A stretch of DNA of 64,000 nucleotides, from the IMG/VR virus record IMGVR_UViG_3300019889_000008, positions 9,827 to 73,826 of that record; one strand, written 5' to 3'. The translations under genes were made by a program, and so were the position numbers. The notes beneath the pieces are model-generated. The model did no database searches. It was given only the letters and a program-made list of their open reading frames with translations, and was not told the DNA's origin. Position 1 is the first letter of the stretch, and each line of letters opens with the position of its first letter. This DNA is from a virus. Shown piece after piece: positions 1 to 9,475 of this stretch.

Positions 1-2
1 TG

Positions 3-578
3 GCCCTGTCGGCCACGGATTCGCAACTGATCGAGCAGCTCCGCTGGACCGGCGAGGTGGTGTGCTCGACCTTCGGCGTTCCCGCGTACATGGCTGGGAT
101 CGGGCCGATGCCGGCCTATAACAACATCGAGGCGCTGTCGCAGCAGTATTACTCGCAGTGCCTTCAGATCCTCATTGAGAGCATCGAACTCTGCCTCGGC
201 GAGGGGCTGGCGCTGCCGAAGCCCTACGGCGCCCGGTTCTCGATCGACGATCTGCTGCGGATGGACACGGCCACCATGGTCAAGGCCGAGGCCGACGCGG
301 TCGGCGCCGGCATCAAGTCGCCGAATGAGAGCCGGCTCCGCCTCAACCTGCCGCCGGTCAAGGGGGGCGGGACCCCGTATCTCCAGCAGCAGAACTACTC
401 GCTCGCCGCCCTGGACGAGCGCGACAGCAACGACCCGTTCGCGCTGCCGCCGGCCCCGGCGCCCCAGGTTCCGGCGCCGGCTGATGACCAGGGGGATGAC
501 GAGCCGCCGGTCGACGAGGCCGTGGCCGCTTCCTTCGCAGCGCGGCTGACCCGGCGGCTGCTCCAGGCGGCTGCATGA
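3..578 (+). CDS. Phage portal protein, HK97 family (C-terminal part; truncated by window start)
   Basis: Motifs [22 protein letters not shown] and [20 protein letters not shown] are typical of HK97 portal C-termini. Confidence 0.9.
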   Translation, partial: ALSATDSQLIEQLRWTGEVVCSTFGVPAYMAGIGPMPAYNNIEALSQQYYSQCLQILIESIELCLGEGLALPKPYGARFSIDDLLRMDTATMVKAEADAVGAGIKSPNESRLRLNLPPVKGGGTPYLQQQNYSLAALDERDSNDPFALPPAPAPQVPAPADDQGDDEPPVDEAVAASFAARLTRRLLQAAA

Positions 579-2221
579 TCACGGTGGTGATCGGTCCGCC
601 GACCGCGGGGAAGTCGACCTACGTGGCCGAGCACGCCAGGACCGGCGACGTGATCGTCGACTATGACGCCATCGCCAAGGCGCTCGGCTTCGCGGCCGAC
701 CATGATGTCGAGGGCTCGATCCGGCTGGTGACCCGATCCGCGCGGGTCGGCGCCATCAATCGAATTGTCGACGGCCTCGACGACGACGCTTGGATCATCG
801 CCACGAAGCCGAAGCCGTTCCGGCTCCTTGCCTACGCCAAGGCCGGGGCGGAGTTCGTGATCGTCGACCCCGGCAGGGAGGAGTGTCTCCGCCGGGCCAA
901 GCTCCAGAGCCGGCCGCCGGGCGTCTTCGCGGCGATCAATGACTGGTACGACGATCCGCCCGTGTTGCCGGGAGCGGATGGAGGGCCGAAGGCGATGCTC
1001 GGAAAAACTGCCGGCGTGGCCGACATGGCCGATGCTGTCTATGACGCGGTCGAGGTCTATGTCGAACGCCAGATGCGCCCGATGCGGGGGCTGGCCACCA
1101 CGAACCGGCAAGACATCGAAGCCTGCACGGCGATGCTGTGCGTGATGGAGACCGAGGTCAAGGATCTGCGCTCGGTCAATGGCGACCTTGTCGAGCGGCT
1201 TGTCGACCTGACAGAACGGCTGTCCATCCTGGAGGCCAGAGAGGCCATTGCCGGCCCGCAGGGGCCCGCTGGGGCCGATGGGGCGCCTGGAGTGGCCGGT
1301 GCCAGGGGCGAACCCGGCGAGGCTGGCCCAGCCGGCCCCCAGGGGCCTCCGGGCCAAGACGGCGTGGCCGGCCTGGCGGGCGAGTCCGGCCCGAAGGGCG
1401 AACCCGGCGAGATGGGCCCCGAGGGGCCGCAGGGTCCGGCTGGCCAAGACGGCCTGGCCGGCGCCGATGGCGCGCCCGGCGAGATGGGTCCGGCTGGGCC
1501 CCAAGGTGACATGGGCCCGGAAGGGCCTGCTGGCCGCGATGGTCTAAACGGGGCGCCCGGCGCCGATGGCGCGCCCGGCGAGGCGGGTCCGGCTGGCCCG
1601 CAAGGGGATATTGGCCCGGCTGGCCCCGCGGGCCTGGACGGGGCCTCTGGCGCCCCTGGCGAGGCCGGGGAGCCGGGTCCGGCTGGTGCCCAGGGCGAAC
1701 GGGGCCTGGAGGGGCTACCGGGCGCCCCTGGCCGCGACGGGCGCGATGGCATGGCCGGTGCCCAGGGCGAACGGGGTCTGCCCGGTCCGCAGGGCGAGGC
1801 CGGCCCAGTTGGGCTGCGGGGCGACCGCGGCGAGAAGGGCGACCCCGGCCGCGATGGTGCCAGCGTCGCCGACATGGACTTCTCCTCGCCGGATGGCGGC
1901 CGGACGTTCGTCTTCAGCATCGAGGGCGGCGATACCGTCCTCACCAACGAAGTCCAGACCCGGAACACGATCTGGCAGGGCGTCTATCACGAGGGCGAAA
2001 CCTACCAGCCCGGCGACCTTGTCACTCTCGGCGGCTCCATGTGGCACTGCAACCTGGAGACCACCGAGCGCCCCGGCGAGGCCAAGGCCGCCTGGACGCT
2101 CTGCGTCAAGCGCGGACGCGACGGCAAGGACGGCAAGGACGGCGACCGCGGCGAGCGCGGGCCCGAGGGCAAGGCCGGTCGTGACCTGACCCAGATCGCT
2201 CCAGATGGGACGCGCTACTGA
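575..2221 (+). CDS. P-loop kinase-like domain fused to a collagen-like head accessory protein
   Basis: N-terminal GPPTAGKST Walker A; long G-X-Y repeat; C-terminal [30 protein letters not shown] module seen after portal genes. Confidence 0.75.
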   Translation: MITVVIGPPTAGKSTYVAEHARTGDVIVDYDAIAKALGFAADHDVEGSIRLVTRSARVGAINRIVDGLDDDAWIIATKPKPFRLLAYAKAGAEFVIVDPGREECLRRAKLQSRPPGVFAAINDWYDDPPVLPGADGGPKAMLGKTAGVADMADAVYDAVEVYVERQMRPMRGLATTNRQDIEACTAMLCVMETEVKDLRSVNGDLVERLVDLTERLSILEAREAIAGPQGPAGADGAPGVAGARGEPGEAGPAGPQGPPGQDGVAGLAGESGPKGEPGEMGPEGPQGPAGQDGLAGADGAPGEMGPAGPQGDMGPEGPAGRDGLNGAPGADGAPGEAGPAGPQGDIGPAGPAGLDGASGAPGEAGEPGPAGAQGERGLEGLPGAPGRDGRDGMAGAQGERGLPGPQGEAGPVGLRGDRGEKGDPGRDGASVADMDFSSPDGGRTFVFSIEGGDTVLTNEVQTRNTIWQGVYHEGETYQPGDLVTLGGSMWHCNLETTERPGEAKAAWTLCVKRGRDGKDGKDGDRGERGPEGKAGRDLTQIAPDGTRY

Positions 2222-2523
2222 TGGCCACCACCCCGCTCGTGACCTTGGAGATGGTGCGCGCTCGGCTCCGGATTGATGCGACCGACGACCAAGAGGACGT
2301 CGAGCGTCTCATGGCCGAGGGCACCCGCATCATCCTCGGCTATCTGAAGCCGCAGCCGGCGGGCACTGCCCTCGACCGCGGCTGGACGATCAGCACCGTG
2401 CCCGAGCACATCCAGACCGCGATCCTGCTCGTGATCCGGGCGCTCTACGATGGCGAGGACAACGTGCTGTCGCAGTCGGTGCTCGACGTCCTCCATCGAG
2501 ACCGGGACCCGGCGCTCGCATGA
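2221..2523 (+). CDS. Head-tail connector (HK97 gp6-like)
   Basis: LVTLEMVRARLRID...VPEHIQTAILLVIRALYD; position in gene order. Confidence 0.85.
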   Translation: MATTPLVTLEMVRARLRIDATDDQEDVERLMAEGTRIILGYLKPQPAGTALDRGWTISTVPEHIQTAILLVIRALYDGEDNVLSQSVLDVLHRDRDPALA

Positions 2524-2867
2524 GCCGGCAGCCGCTCCGGGCCCGGCGGCTCCGGACCCGTCTCCAGTTCTATCGTCCGATCGAGAACGTCAGCCCGACC
2601 GGCAATGTCGATCTCGGTTGGGTGTTGCACGTGGAACGTTGGGCCGAGATCGCGGAGATGAAAGGGCGGGAGCAACTGGAGGCCGGTCGCCTGGAGGCAC
2701 AGGTGCCGGCGACGGTCCGCGTCCGGTACGACAGCGAGACGGTGCAGATCGACGCCTCCTTCCGGGCCGGTCCGACCGGGCCCGACCTTGCGGTCGTGTC
2801 GGTCGCGCAGCCGGACCAGATGCGCCGAATGATCGAGATCGTCCTGCTCACGGGGAAGCCCGGCTAG
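2520..2867 (+). CDS. Head closure / head-tail adaptor (SPP1 gp16-like)
   Basis: LRTRLQF..WAEI..GRE..ATVRVRY pattern; position. Confidence 0.8.
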   Translation: MSRQPLRARRLRTRLQFYRPIENVSPTGNVDLGWVLHVERWAEIAEMKGREQLEAGRLEAQVPATVRVRYDSETVQIDASFRAGPTGPDLAVVSVAQPDQMRRMIEIVLLTGKPG

Positions 2868-2871
2868 ACCC

Positions 2872-3336
2872 GTGGGCACGTTCAAGGTCGATGGCATGGC
2901 CAAGCTCGATCAGAAGCTTCGGGAGATGCCCGAGGCTGTCCGAGCGGCGATGTCGGAGGCCATCTCCGATGGGATGGATGATCTCACCAACTACCAGCGC
3001 CGGCTCGCCCATCGGGTTTGGCGCACGGGCGAGTTGGAACGAAGCATCGGCTGGGGCTGGGTCACGCCGGGCCAAGCCGGGCTGGAGGGGCTGAAGAAGT
3101 TCCGGGCCGTCAACCTCGCGGCCAAGGGGGCGCTCCAACTGGCCGCCAAGGCATATGCCGGCCGGGTCGACGGGCACGAAGCCTACTACGCCAAGTTCGT
3201 TGAGTTCGGCACACGCTTCATGCCGCCGCGGCCCTTCTTCTATCCGGCCTATCGGATCAAGAAGAAGGAGATCAAGCGCAACATCTCGCTCGCGGCGCGC
3301 CGGGCCATCAAGCAGATCGCGAAGGCTGCCGCATGA
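2872..3336 (+). CDS. HK97 gp10-like tail component
   Basis: TGELERSI and YYAKFVEFGTRFMPPRPFFYPA motifs. Confidence 0.9.
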   Translation: MGTFKVDGMAKLDQKLREMPEAVRAAMSEAISDGMDDLTNYQRRLAHRVWRTGELERSIGWGWVTPGQAGLEGLKKFRAVNLAAKGALQLAAKAYAGRVDGHEAYYAKFVEFGTRFMPPRPFFYPAYRIKKKEIKRNISLAARRAIKQIAKAAA

Positions 3337-3749
3337 GCCCAGATGCCTCGAACGAACTGCTGGAGGCGGTGCGTGACCGGCTGCTCGCCGACCCGGCGGT
3401 GACCGCCATAGTCGGGACCCGTATCTTTGATCGGCCGGACATGGGCGTCGCCTTCCCCTGGCTCCAGATCGGGGAGACGCAACTCCTCCCGTTCGAGGCG
3501 CACTGCGTCACCGGGACGAGCATCTTCTTCACGCTCCATGGCTGGGGTCGGGACGGTCACGCTGGCGACGCCATGCGGGCGCTCGGCGCCGCCGTCTACG
3601 GCAGCCTCCATGCCCAGCGCTTCGCCCTGCCGGCGCCCTACGCGCTTCAGACCCTCGAACATCAGAACACGCAGGTTCTGCGCGATCCGGACGGCACGAC
3701 CCGCCATCTGGTGACCGAGTACCGCGCCGACACCACGGCCGACATCTAA
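3333..3749 (+). CDS. Tail completion/terminator protein (DUF3168)
   Basis: LLADPAVTAIVGTRIFD..FPWLQIG..RDPDGTTRH. Confidence 0.85.
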   Translation: MSPDASNELLEAVRDRLLADPAVTAIVGTRIFDRPDMGVAFPWLQIGETQLLPFEAHCVTGTSIFFTLHGWGRDGHAGDAMRALGAAVYGSLHAQRFALPAPYALQTLEHQNTQVLRDPDGTTRHLVTEYRADTTADI

Positions 3750-3830
3750 CCGGCCTGCCCCGACCCGGCCCTTGGGCAAGGCTGACCGGCCCGCAGCGAT
3801 GCGCGCCATTCCCATGATGGAGCCCTTGCC

Positions 3831-4283
3831 ATGGCCCAGCCCGAACTCGTCGGTGCGAGGGAACTGCTGCTGTACTTCGAAGATCCCGATACCCCCGACG
3901 CTTGGCTCTTCGCCTGCGGCATCAACTCCCGAGCCCTCAACGGCACCCTCAACAACACGGAAACGCCGACCGCGGATTGCGATGACCCCACGGCGATGCC
4001 CGTCCGGCGAGTGACGGCCAACTATTTTGCCGAGGACATCTCGGGCACCGGGATGCTGGCGATGGAGCGCTTCGACGACTTCGAGGAGATCTACCAGTCG
4101 GCAATCTCGCACCGCTGGCGGATCGGGCTCCTGAACAGGGGCTATTGGCAGGGCCCGTTCCTGATGACCAGCCGCAACGTGGGTGGCGAGCAGGAAGGGT
4201 ACGTCACCCTTGAGATCGCCCTCACGAGCGATGGCCCGGTCCCGTACACGGCCGATCCCACCTTCCCCGGAGTGACCACCTGA
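3831..4283 (+). CDS. Major tail tube protein
   Basis: CGINSR..DCDDP..ISGTG..WQGPFLMTS..IALTSDG; position. Confidence 0.85.
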   Translation: MAQPELVGARELLLYFEDPDTPDAWLFACGINSRALNGTLNNTETPTADCDDPTAMPVRRVTANYFAEDISGTGMLAMERFDDFEEIYQSAISHRWRIGLLNRGYWQGPFLMTSRNVGGEQEGYVTLEIALTSDGPVPYTADPTFPGVTT

Positions 4284-4714
4284 TGACCTGGACAGCCCTG
4301 ATCGAGGTGCCGTTCGCCGATGAACTGCACCGCTTCCGCCTTGGCCTCGGCCAACTGGAAGATCTGGAGACCCGGTTCCGGGTCGGCACGATCGAATGGG
4401 TCGAGCGGTTCCGCGCGAACCAATGGCGCATCGGCGAGATGCGTGCCGTGCTGATCACCGCGCTCGTCGGCGGCGGCATGGACGCGGCCCAAGCCAAGGA
4501 GGTCGTCGACCGCTGCATGATGGCGTGGCCGATGGTCAAGAACGTCAAACTGTTCTGGCTGATCGTCAACGCCGCAATCCTGGAACCGCCGAGCGGCCTG
4601 TCCGCGGGAAAAGATCAAGCGGACGAGGAGGAGGAGGAGATGGTCTCAGCCTCGCCCGCCTTCTCGGCCTCGGCGGAGCCCTCGGTTACACGGCGGAAGA
4701 AGTCTGGCGCATGA
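4283..4714 (+). CDS. Tail assembly chaperone (G); -1 frameshift would give GT ending at 4839
   Basis: FRLGLGQLEDLE..LVGGGM motif; slippery G-GGA-AAA at 4606-4612; -1 frame open to 4839. Confidence 0.8.
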   Translation: MTWTALIEVPFADELHRFRLGLGQLEDLETRFRVGTIEWVERFRANQWRIGEMRAVLITALVGGGMDAAQAKEVVDRCMMAWPMVKNVKLFWLIVNAAILEPPSGLSAGKDQADEEEEEMVSASPAFSASAEPSVTRRKKSGA

Positions 4715-4813
4715 GCCTGTGGGAGTTGACCGCTCTCGTGGACGGGTTCAACGCCGCTCATGGCAGCGATGGCGATAAGCCGGAAGGCATGACGGTGGAA
4801 CGGTTGAAGCAGA

Positions 4814-5218
4814 TCAACCCGCCGAAGACGCTTCACTGAGCGAGCGCTTCAATTCTTGGGCCCGCGCCTCGTCGCTTTCCACCTTCGCGGGGTCGCAAGG
4901 GCCAGCGGACCGGGCGTTGAAGCGGTCGAAGTAGGCATCGACGATTTGCTTCACCGCTTCACGTGAAAGGCCTGCCTCTTCGGCAAGGCCGGGCAGCGCA
5001 AGGCCGTGTCCGACGATGGCGTTGCTGGCCTTGTAGCGCTCGGCCGCGTCGTCCTTGAGGCAAAAGATCCTGCCGCCATCGGCGTCGCCCTGGGCTCGTG
5101 CCATCTCGACAAACGCTTCAGCCGGGCTCGGCTTGCCCGATCCGAAATCGTGGACGTTGGCGCCGACCACTCCGCCCATCAGGGCGGCGATCACAATCAT
5201 CGGGATGTAATGGCTCAC
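4814..5218 (-). CDS. Exported/membrane hypothetical protein (moron-like, antisense within tail operon)
   Basis: GTG start preceded by AACCCGGAG; hydrophobic N-terminus MIVIAALMGGVVGA. Confidence 0.55.
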   Translation of the reverse strand: MSHYIPMIVIAALMGGVVGANVHDFGSGKPSPAEAFVEMARAQGDADGGRIFCLKDDAAERYKASNAIVGHGLALPGLAEEAGLSREAVKQIVDAYFDRFNARSAGPCDPAKVESDEARAQELKRSLSEASSAG

Positions 5219-5272
5219 TGAAATCTCCGGGTTTCTGAGTCGTTCCCGCACGCATACCATGAGGCGGGTTTT

Positions 5273-7795
5273 ATGGCAAATACAGAGCTTGAGACCCTGC
5301 TAGTCACGGTCGAGGCCGATCTCCGCCGCTATTCCAAGCAGATGCAGCAACTCGGTCAGATGACCGATGGCGGATTCAAGAAGGCCAGCAAGGCGGCCAA
5401 CGATGCGTTCGGGAACATCGAGACCCGATCGGTACGGGCCGGCGCCGCCGCCACACGGGCGATGCAGGACGCCCAACGCTCCTCGCGCCAATTTGGTCAA
5501 CAACTTCAAAACGTTGGCTACCAAGTCGGTGACTTTTTTGTGCAGTTGGAGGGCGGCCAGGGGGTCGTAAGAGCCCTCACGCAACAAGGGTCGCAAGTGC
5601 TCGGCGCCTTCGGCCCGTGGGGCGCCATCCTCGGCGCCGCCGCTGGTGCGGCAGGCGCCCTGGGCACGGCGCTCCTGGGCATGGGCGAAGAGGCGAACAA
5701 GGCTGCGGCGGCAACCGACTCGTTCAAGGTCGCCCAAACTGCGCTCGGCGGGGTCCTGACCGAAACCCAGGGAAAAGTCTCCGACACGAAAGACGCTCTG
5801 AGCCTCCTCCAGCTCGGATATGCCAGCCTGGCCAAGCTGGCCCTGAGCGACGCGATCAAGAAGAACAACGAGGCCATCGCCGAGAGCTTCAACGAGATCA
5901 AGGATGCCGGCGACTGGGAGTGGGTCGTTACGGTCCTCGACCAATACGATGCAGCCGCGAAACGTGCCGGGCAGACCTTTGCCGAAAAGTTCGGGCCGGG
6001 GCTGGACAGGTTCCGGCAGTCGCTCGACGAACTCGGCAAGACGGCGACGCCGACGCTCGCGCAGATCGAAGCTTTCATCGACGAATTGATGGCCCTCCAG
6101 GGGACCGTGCCGGGCGCCGAACAGCGCATCCGCGGCCTCCTCGAAGCCGTCGCGCCGCTGATCATGAAGCTGAAGGATCAAGCGGACCGCACCCGCGCGC
6201 TCAACGAGTTGAACGAGGCGTTCGCGCGAAGCGGCGGCAAGGCTACTACCGCTCTTCAGGTACTCGGCTTCGGCTTCGTGAGCGCCACCACGCAGGCGGC
6301 CGATTTCGGCAATGCCGTCCGTGGCGCTGTCGGAGCGATGGACACGCTGTCCAACATGAAGCCGACGTTCCCGATGGTCGAGGGCACCGGCAACTTGAGC
6401 TTCGGCGGCAAGCCGCGCGGAGTCCAGGGCTTCGGGACGACCGGCCAGACCTTCGGCAAGCTGGACCCGTCGTCGCTGCTGTCGGAGCCCGCCTGGGTCG
6501 ACAGCGACGAGATCAATAAGGCGATCAAGCCGCTCAACGTGATGGGGCTCGGCTTCGCCAAGGTCGTCCCCGAGGCGGTGGAATTCACGGAGTCGCTCAA
6601 CGGCGCCAGGGGCGCGATCGTTGACCTGTCCAAGGCGCCCAAGACGTTCGCCTTGGGAGGGCAGGGTCTGGCCTTCGGCGGCGCCATGGCCGATCGTCCC
6701 GACCTGTTCGGTGGCACCTTCGGCCAAGACAACCCGGCGTTTTTGGAGTCCAGCAAGTTCTCCGATTACGAAGGCGGGGTCATCAAGGAGAAGAAGCCGA
6801 AAGCCGAAAAGGCCGAGAAGCGGACGCCAGAGGATCGCGCCGAGGACCGGACCCAGGCCCTTAAGGACGAGATCGCCTACAACGAGCAATTGGCGGCCGT
6901 CTACGGCCAAGGAATCGAGGCCCGTAACCGCGTCACGGCCTCGTATGAGGCGCTCAAGGAGGCCCGCAAGACCGGCCTGGCCGAGGGCTCCAAGGAATTC
7001 CAGCAGTTCGTCGACACGCAGACCGCGCAGAACGTGGTCAACCTCGGGCTGGAGCATCGTCTCGACCTGATGAAGCAAGGTCAGACGCTCACCGAATCCG
7101 TGATGACGGATCAAGAGCGACTGAACAAGTTGCTCGCTGAATACAAGGCGATGCTCGACGCGGGCGCGATCGGGAATGAGGTCTACAAGCGGGCCGTCGA
7201 GACTGCCACGAACCAAAATCAAGATCTGATCAGCGCCATCGAAGGCGTCGGCGGCGCGATCGAGTCCGGCATCCAGGACGCCGAAAGCTTCGCCGATGCG
7301 CTGGAAAAGATCGGCCTCCAGCTGCTCCAACTCGTCGGCCAAGGGCTGTTCGGCCAAGGCCCGCTCGGCGGCATCATCAACGGCCTCCTCGGCGTCGCGG
7401 GTGGCGGCATCCTCGGCACTCCGGCCGGCGCGATCGGCGGCGGCGGGGCGACCGCGGGCGCTACCGTGGGGGGTTTGTCCGCCGGGCTCGGAACCGGGTT
7501 CCGGCGCTCCTTCGCTGCCGGCGGCATGGGCGGGCCGGGCCCAATCCTGACCGGCGAGCAGGGCCCGGAGATCGTCAACATGCCGGCCCGCGGCTACGTC
7601 ACCCCGGCCAGCGCCACGCGGCGGCTCTTGGCGCCGGCCAGCAAGGCCCAGCCCATGCACATCACGGTCAGCGGCGCCAAGGGCAATCAGGAGATCATGC
7701 GGATGATCTCGGTCGGGGTGGCCGAAGGGGTGCGCCAGTCCGGCAAGAACGTGCCGGGCATCCAGAACAATTACAATCTGCGGTTCGCACCGTGA
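5273..7795 (+). CDS. Tail tape measure protein
   Basis: 840 aa, Ala/Gly-rich helical; NVGYQVGDFFVQ..QQGSQ motif; C-terminal FAAGG..GEQGPEIV. Confidence 0.92.
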   Translation: MANTELETLLVTVEADLRRYSKQMQQLGQMTDGGFKKASKAANDAFGNIETRSVRAGAAATRAMQDAQRSSRQFGQQLQNVGYQVGDFFVQLEGGQGVVRALTQQGSQVLGAFGPWGAILGAAAGAAGALGTALLGMGEEANKAAAATDSFKVAQTALGGVLTETQGKVSDTKDALSLLQLGYASLAKLALSDAIKKNNEAIAESFNEIKDAGDWEWVVTVLDQYDAAAKRAGQTFAEKFGPGLDRFRQSLDELGKTATPTLAQIEAFIDELMALQGTVPGAEQRIRGLLEAVAPLIMKLKDQADRTRALNELNEAFARSGGKATTALQVLGFGFVSATTQAADFGNAVRGAVGAMDTLSNMKPTFPMVEGTGNLSFGGKPRGVQGFGTTGQTFGKLDPSSLLSEPAWVDSDEINKAIKPLNVMGLGFAKVVPEAVEFTESLNGARGAIVDLSKAPKTFALGGQGLAFGGAMADRPDLFGGTFGQDNPAFLESSKFSDYEGGVIKEKKPKAEKAEKRTPEDRAEDRTQALKDEIAYNEQLAAVYGQGIEARNRVTASYEALKEARKTGLAEGSKEFQQFVDTQTAQNVVNLGLEHRLDLMKQGQTLTESVMTDQERLNKLLAEYKAMLDAGAIGNEVYKRAVETATNQNQDLISAIEGVGGAIESGIQDAESFADALEKIGLQLLQLVGQGLFGQGPLGGIINGLLGVAGGGILGTPAGAIGGGGATAGATVGGLSAGLGTGFRRSFAAGGMGGPGPILTGEQGPEIVNMPARGYVTPASATRRLLAPASKAQPMHITVSGAKGNQEIMRMISVGVAEGVRQSGKNVPGIQNNYNLRFAP

Positions 7796-8460
7796 TGCTG
7801 CTGATCCCGTTCCCCAGCGTCTTGTCGCCAACGTTGCAGAACTGGTGGCTCGACGCGCGCTCCCGGTCCGGCGGCGAAACCGTCGCCGGGCGGGAGCAAG
7901 TCATCTCATCTGGGCTTCAGCGCTGGCGCGCGTCCATGAGTTTCCCTCTGTTCAACAGGGAAACGATCCTGGCCTTTCGGTCCTGGATTACGCAGATGGA
8001 TGGACGTGCCAATCGGACGTTGATCGGTCCCTGCGATTGCTCCAACGGCAACCGCCTCGGCCCGTCCATCGGCGGCATCCCGCACAGCGATCAGACGATG
8101 CACAGCGACGGCGCCGGCTATGCCCAGGGCGCGGTCCCTGGAGAGGTGGCGGCGGCTGCGTCGGTTGGGAGCAATCAAGTCCTGATCTACAACGGCTCGA
8201 CCGAGATGCCGATCCAACTCGGGGCATTCATCGGTCTCGGCGACTATCTCTACGTGATCATCGCGGCGGTGCCGGGTTCCAACAACGAGACCCTTCTCAC
8301 CTTGGCCCCCAAGCTTCGGGCGACTGTCCCGATCGATACGCCGATCGACTGGTGCCGCGCCCGCTGTCCGATGCGGCTCATGGCCGACGACAGCGGCTCT
8401 TACGATCTCAGCCTCGGGCGCTACGGCACCGCGACGCTCGACCTTGTCGAGGTGTGGTGA
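7792..8460 (+). CDS. Distal tail protein-like
   Basis: Directly after TMP; WRASMSFP..WITQMDGRAN pattern. Confidence 0.6.
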   Translation: MMLLIPFPSVLSPTLQNWWLDARSRSGGETVAGREQVISSGLQRWRASMSFPLFNRETILAFRSWITQMDGRANRTLIGPCDCSNGNRLGPSIGGIPHSDQTMHSDGAGYAQGAVPGEVAAAASVGSNQVLIYNGSTEMPIQLGAFIGLGDYLYVIIAAVPGSNNETLLTLAPKLRATVPIDTPIDWCRARCPMRLMADDSGSYDLSLGRYGTATLDLVEVW

Positions 8461-9065
8461 TGCCATTGTTCCCGGATGCCGTGCGCGATCAGGCGCAGGG
8501 CCTGCACGTCGTTGCAGCGCTCTTCGTCACGTTCGATTTTCTCTCGGGCCCGGTGTTCGTTTGGGAAGGCGACGGGCCTCTCGATCGTGCTGGCGTCACT
8601 TGGCGCGGTCTGGGGTCTCGCGTCGACAACGACGGCAGCCCATTGCAATCGATTGATGGGCTGGAGCAGGCCGTCAACGGGGTGGCGCCACAGGTGACGC
8701 TCACCCTGTCCGGCGTCGACCAAACGGTGGTCGCCGCAGCCCGTGAGGATGTCGCCAACAACGAGATCGAAGGCCGCGACCTGACCATTCAGATCGGCTT
8801 CTTCGACGCCACGCAGCCAGGCTTGGTTCCCTTGGACGATCTTCTCGTCCTCGGCGTCTGGAGCATGCAGAAGCCCAACTTCACCGCCACTGGGCCGACA
8901 GTCAGGACGATCACGTTGCCTTGCGAGACCCTGTTCGCGCAACGCAGCCGGTCGCCGTTTGGCCTGCTGACCGACCGTGATCAGCAGCGCCGTTTCCCAG
9001 GCGACCTTGGCTGCCAATTCCCGCCGTGGCTCGTCGACAGGGACGTTGCGTGGCCGCGCCACTAG
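8460..9065 (+). CDS. Minor tail/baseplate protein
   Basis: DFLSGPVFVWEGDG..TWRGLG..TDRDQQRRFPGDLG. Confidence 0.7.
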   Translation: MPLFPDAVRDQAQGLHVVAALFVTFDFLSGPVFVWEGDGPLDRAGVTWRGLGSRVDNDGSPLQSIDGLEQAVNGVAPQVTLTLSGVDQTVVAAAREDVANNEIEGRDLTIQIGFFDATQPGLVPLDDLLVLGVWSMQKPNFTATGPTVRTITLPCETLFAQRSRSPFGLLTDRDQQRRFPGDLGCQFPPWLVDRDVAWPRH

Positions 9066-9475
9066 GCGCCTCCGGGCCGGCCTTCGACGCCGGCCTGGCC
9101 GACCATCTGGCCATCGGCAACGAGACCGCGTTCGAACTGGGCCGGTGCGATTGCTCGCTTTGGGTCGCCGACTGGGTTCGCAAGCGGGTCGGCGTCGACC
9201 TGGCGGCGGACTTCCGCGGCAAGTACCGCACCCGAACCGAGTACCTGCGGCTGCTGATCCCCATGGGCAACCTCGTGCGGTTGACCGCGCGGAGGCTGGA
9301 AACCATCGGCTCGGAGATCATCCCGGAAGCCGAGGCGCAGCCCGGCGACATCGGGATCGTGCCATCGACCGATGGCCCGGTGCTCGCGATCCGTGGCGAT
9401 GGCGAGTGGCTCTGCAAGACCGACGACCGGCTGTTGGCCGCCCCACACGCGACGATCGCCTGGAGACTGCCGTAG
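9026..9475 (+). CDS. NlpC/P60-like tail assembly protein (DUF6950-like)
   Basis: FELGRCDCSLWVADWV..GVDLAADFRGKY..AQPGDIG. Confidence 0.7.
   Translation: MARRQGRCVAAPLGASGPAFDAGLADHLAIGNETAFELGRCDCSLWVADWVRKRVGVDLAADFRGKYRTRTEYLRLLIPMGNLVRLTARRLETIGSEIIPEAEAQPGDIGIVPSTDGPVLAIRGDGEWLCKTDDRLLAAPHATIAWRLP

Noticed and set aside
1250-1860. Highly repetitive GC-rich DNA resembling a repeat array or CRISPR
   Set aside because: Explained by collagen G-X-Y codons; no constant repeat with unique spacers. No CRISPR array was seen anywhere in the window.
5300-7831. 843-aa minus-strand ORF (likewise 9977-12316 and 13974-15236)
   Set aside because: Antisense shadows of high-GC structural genes; no motifs or RBS
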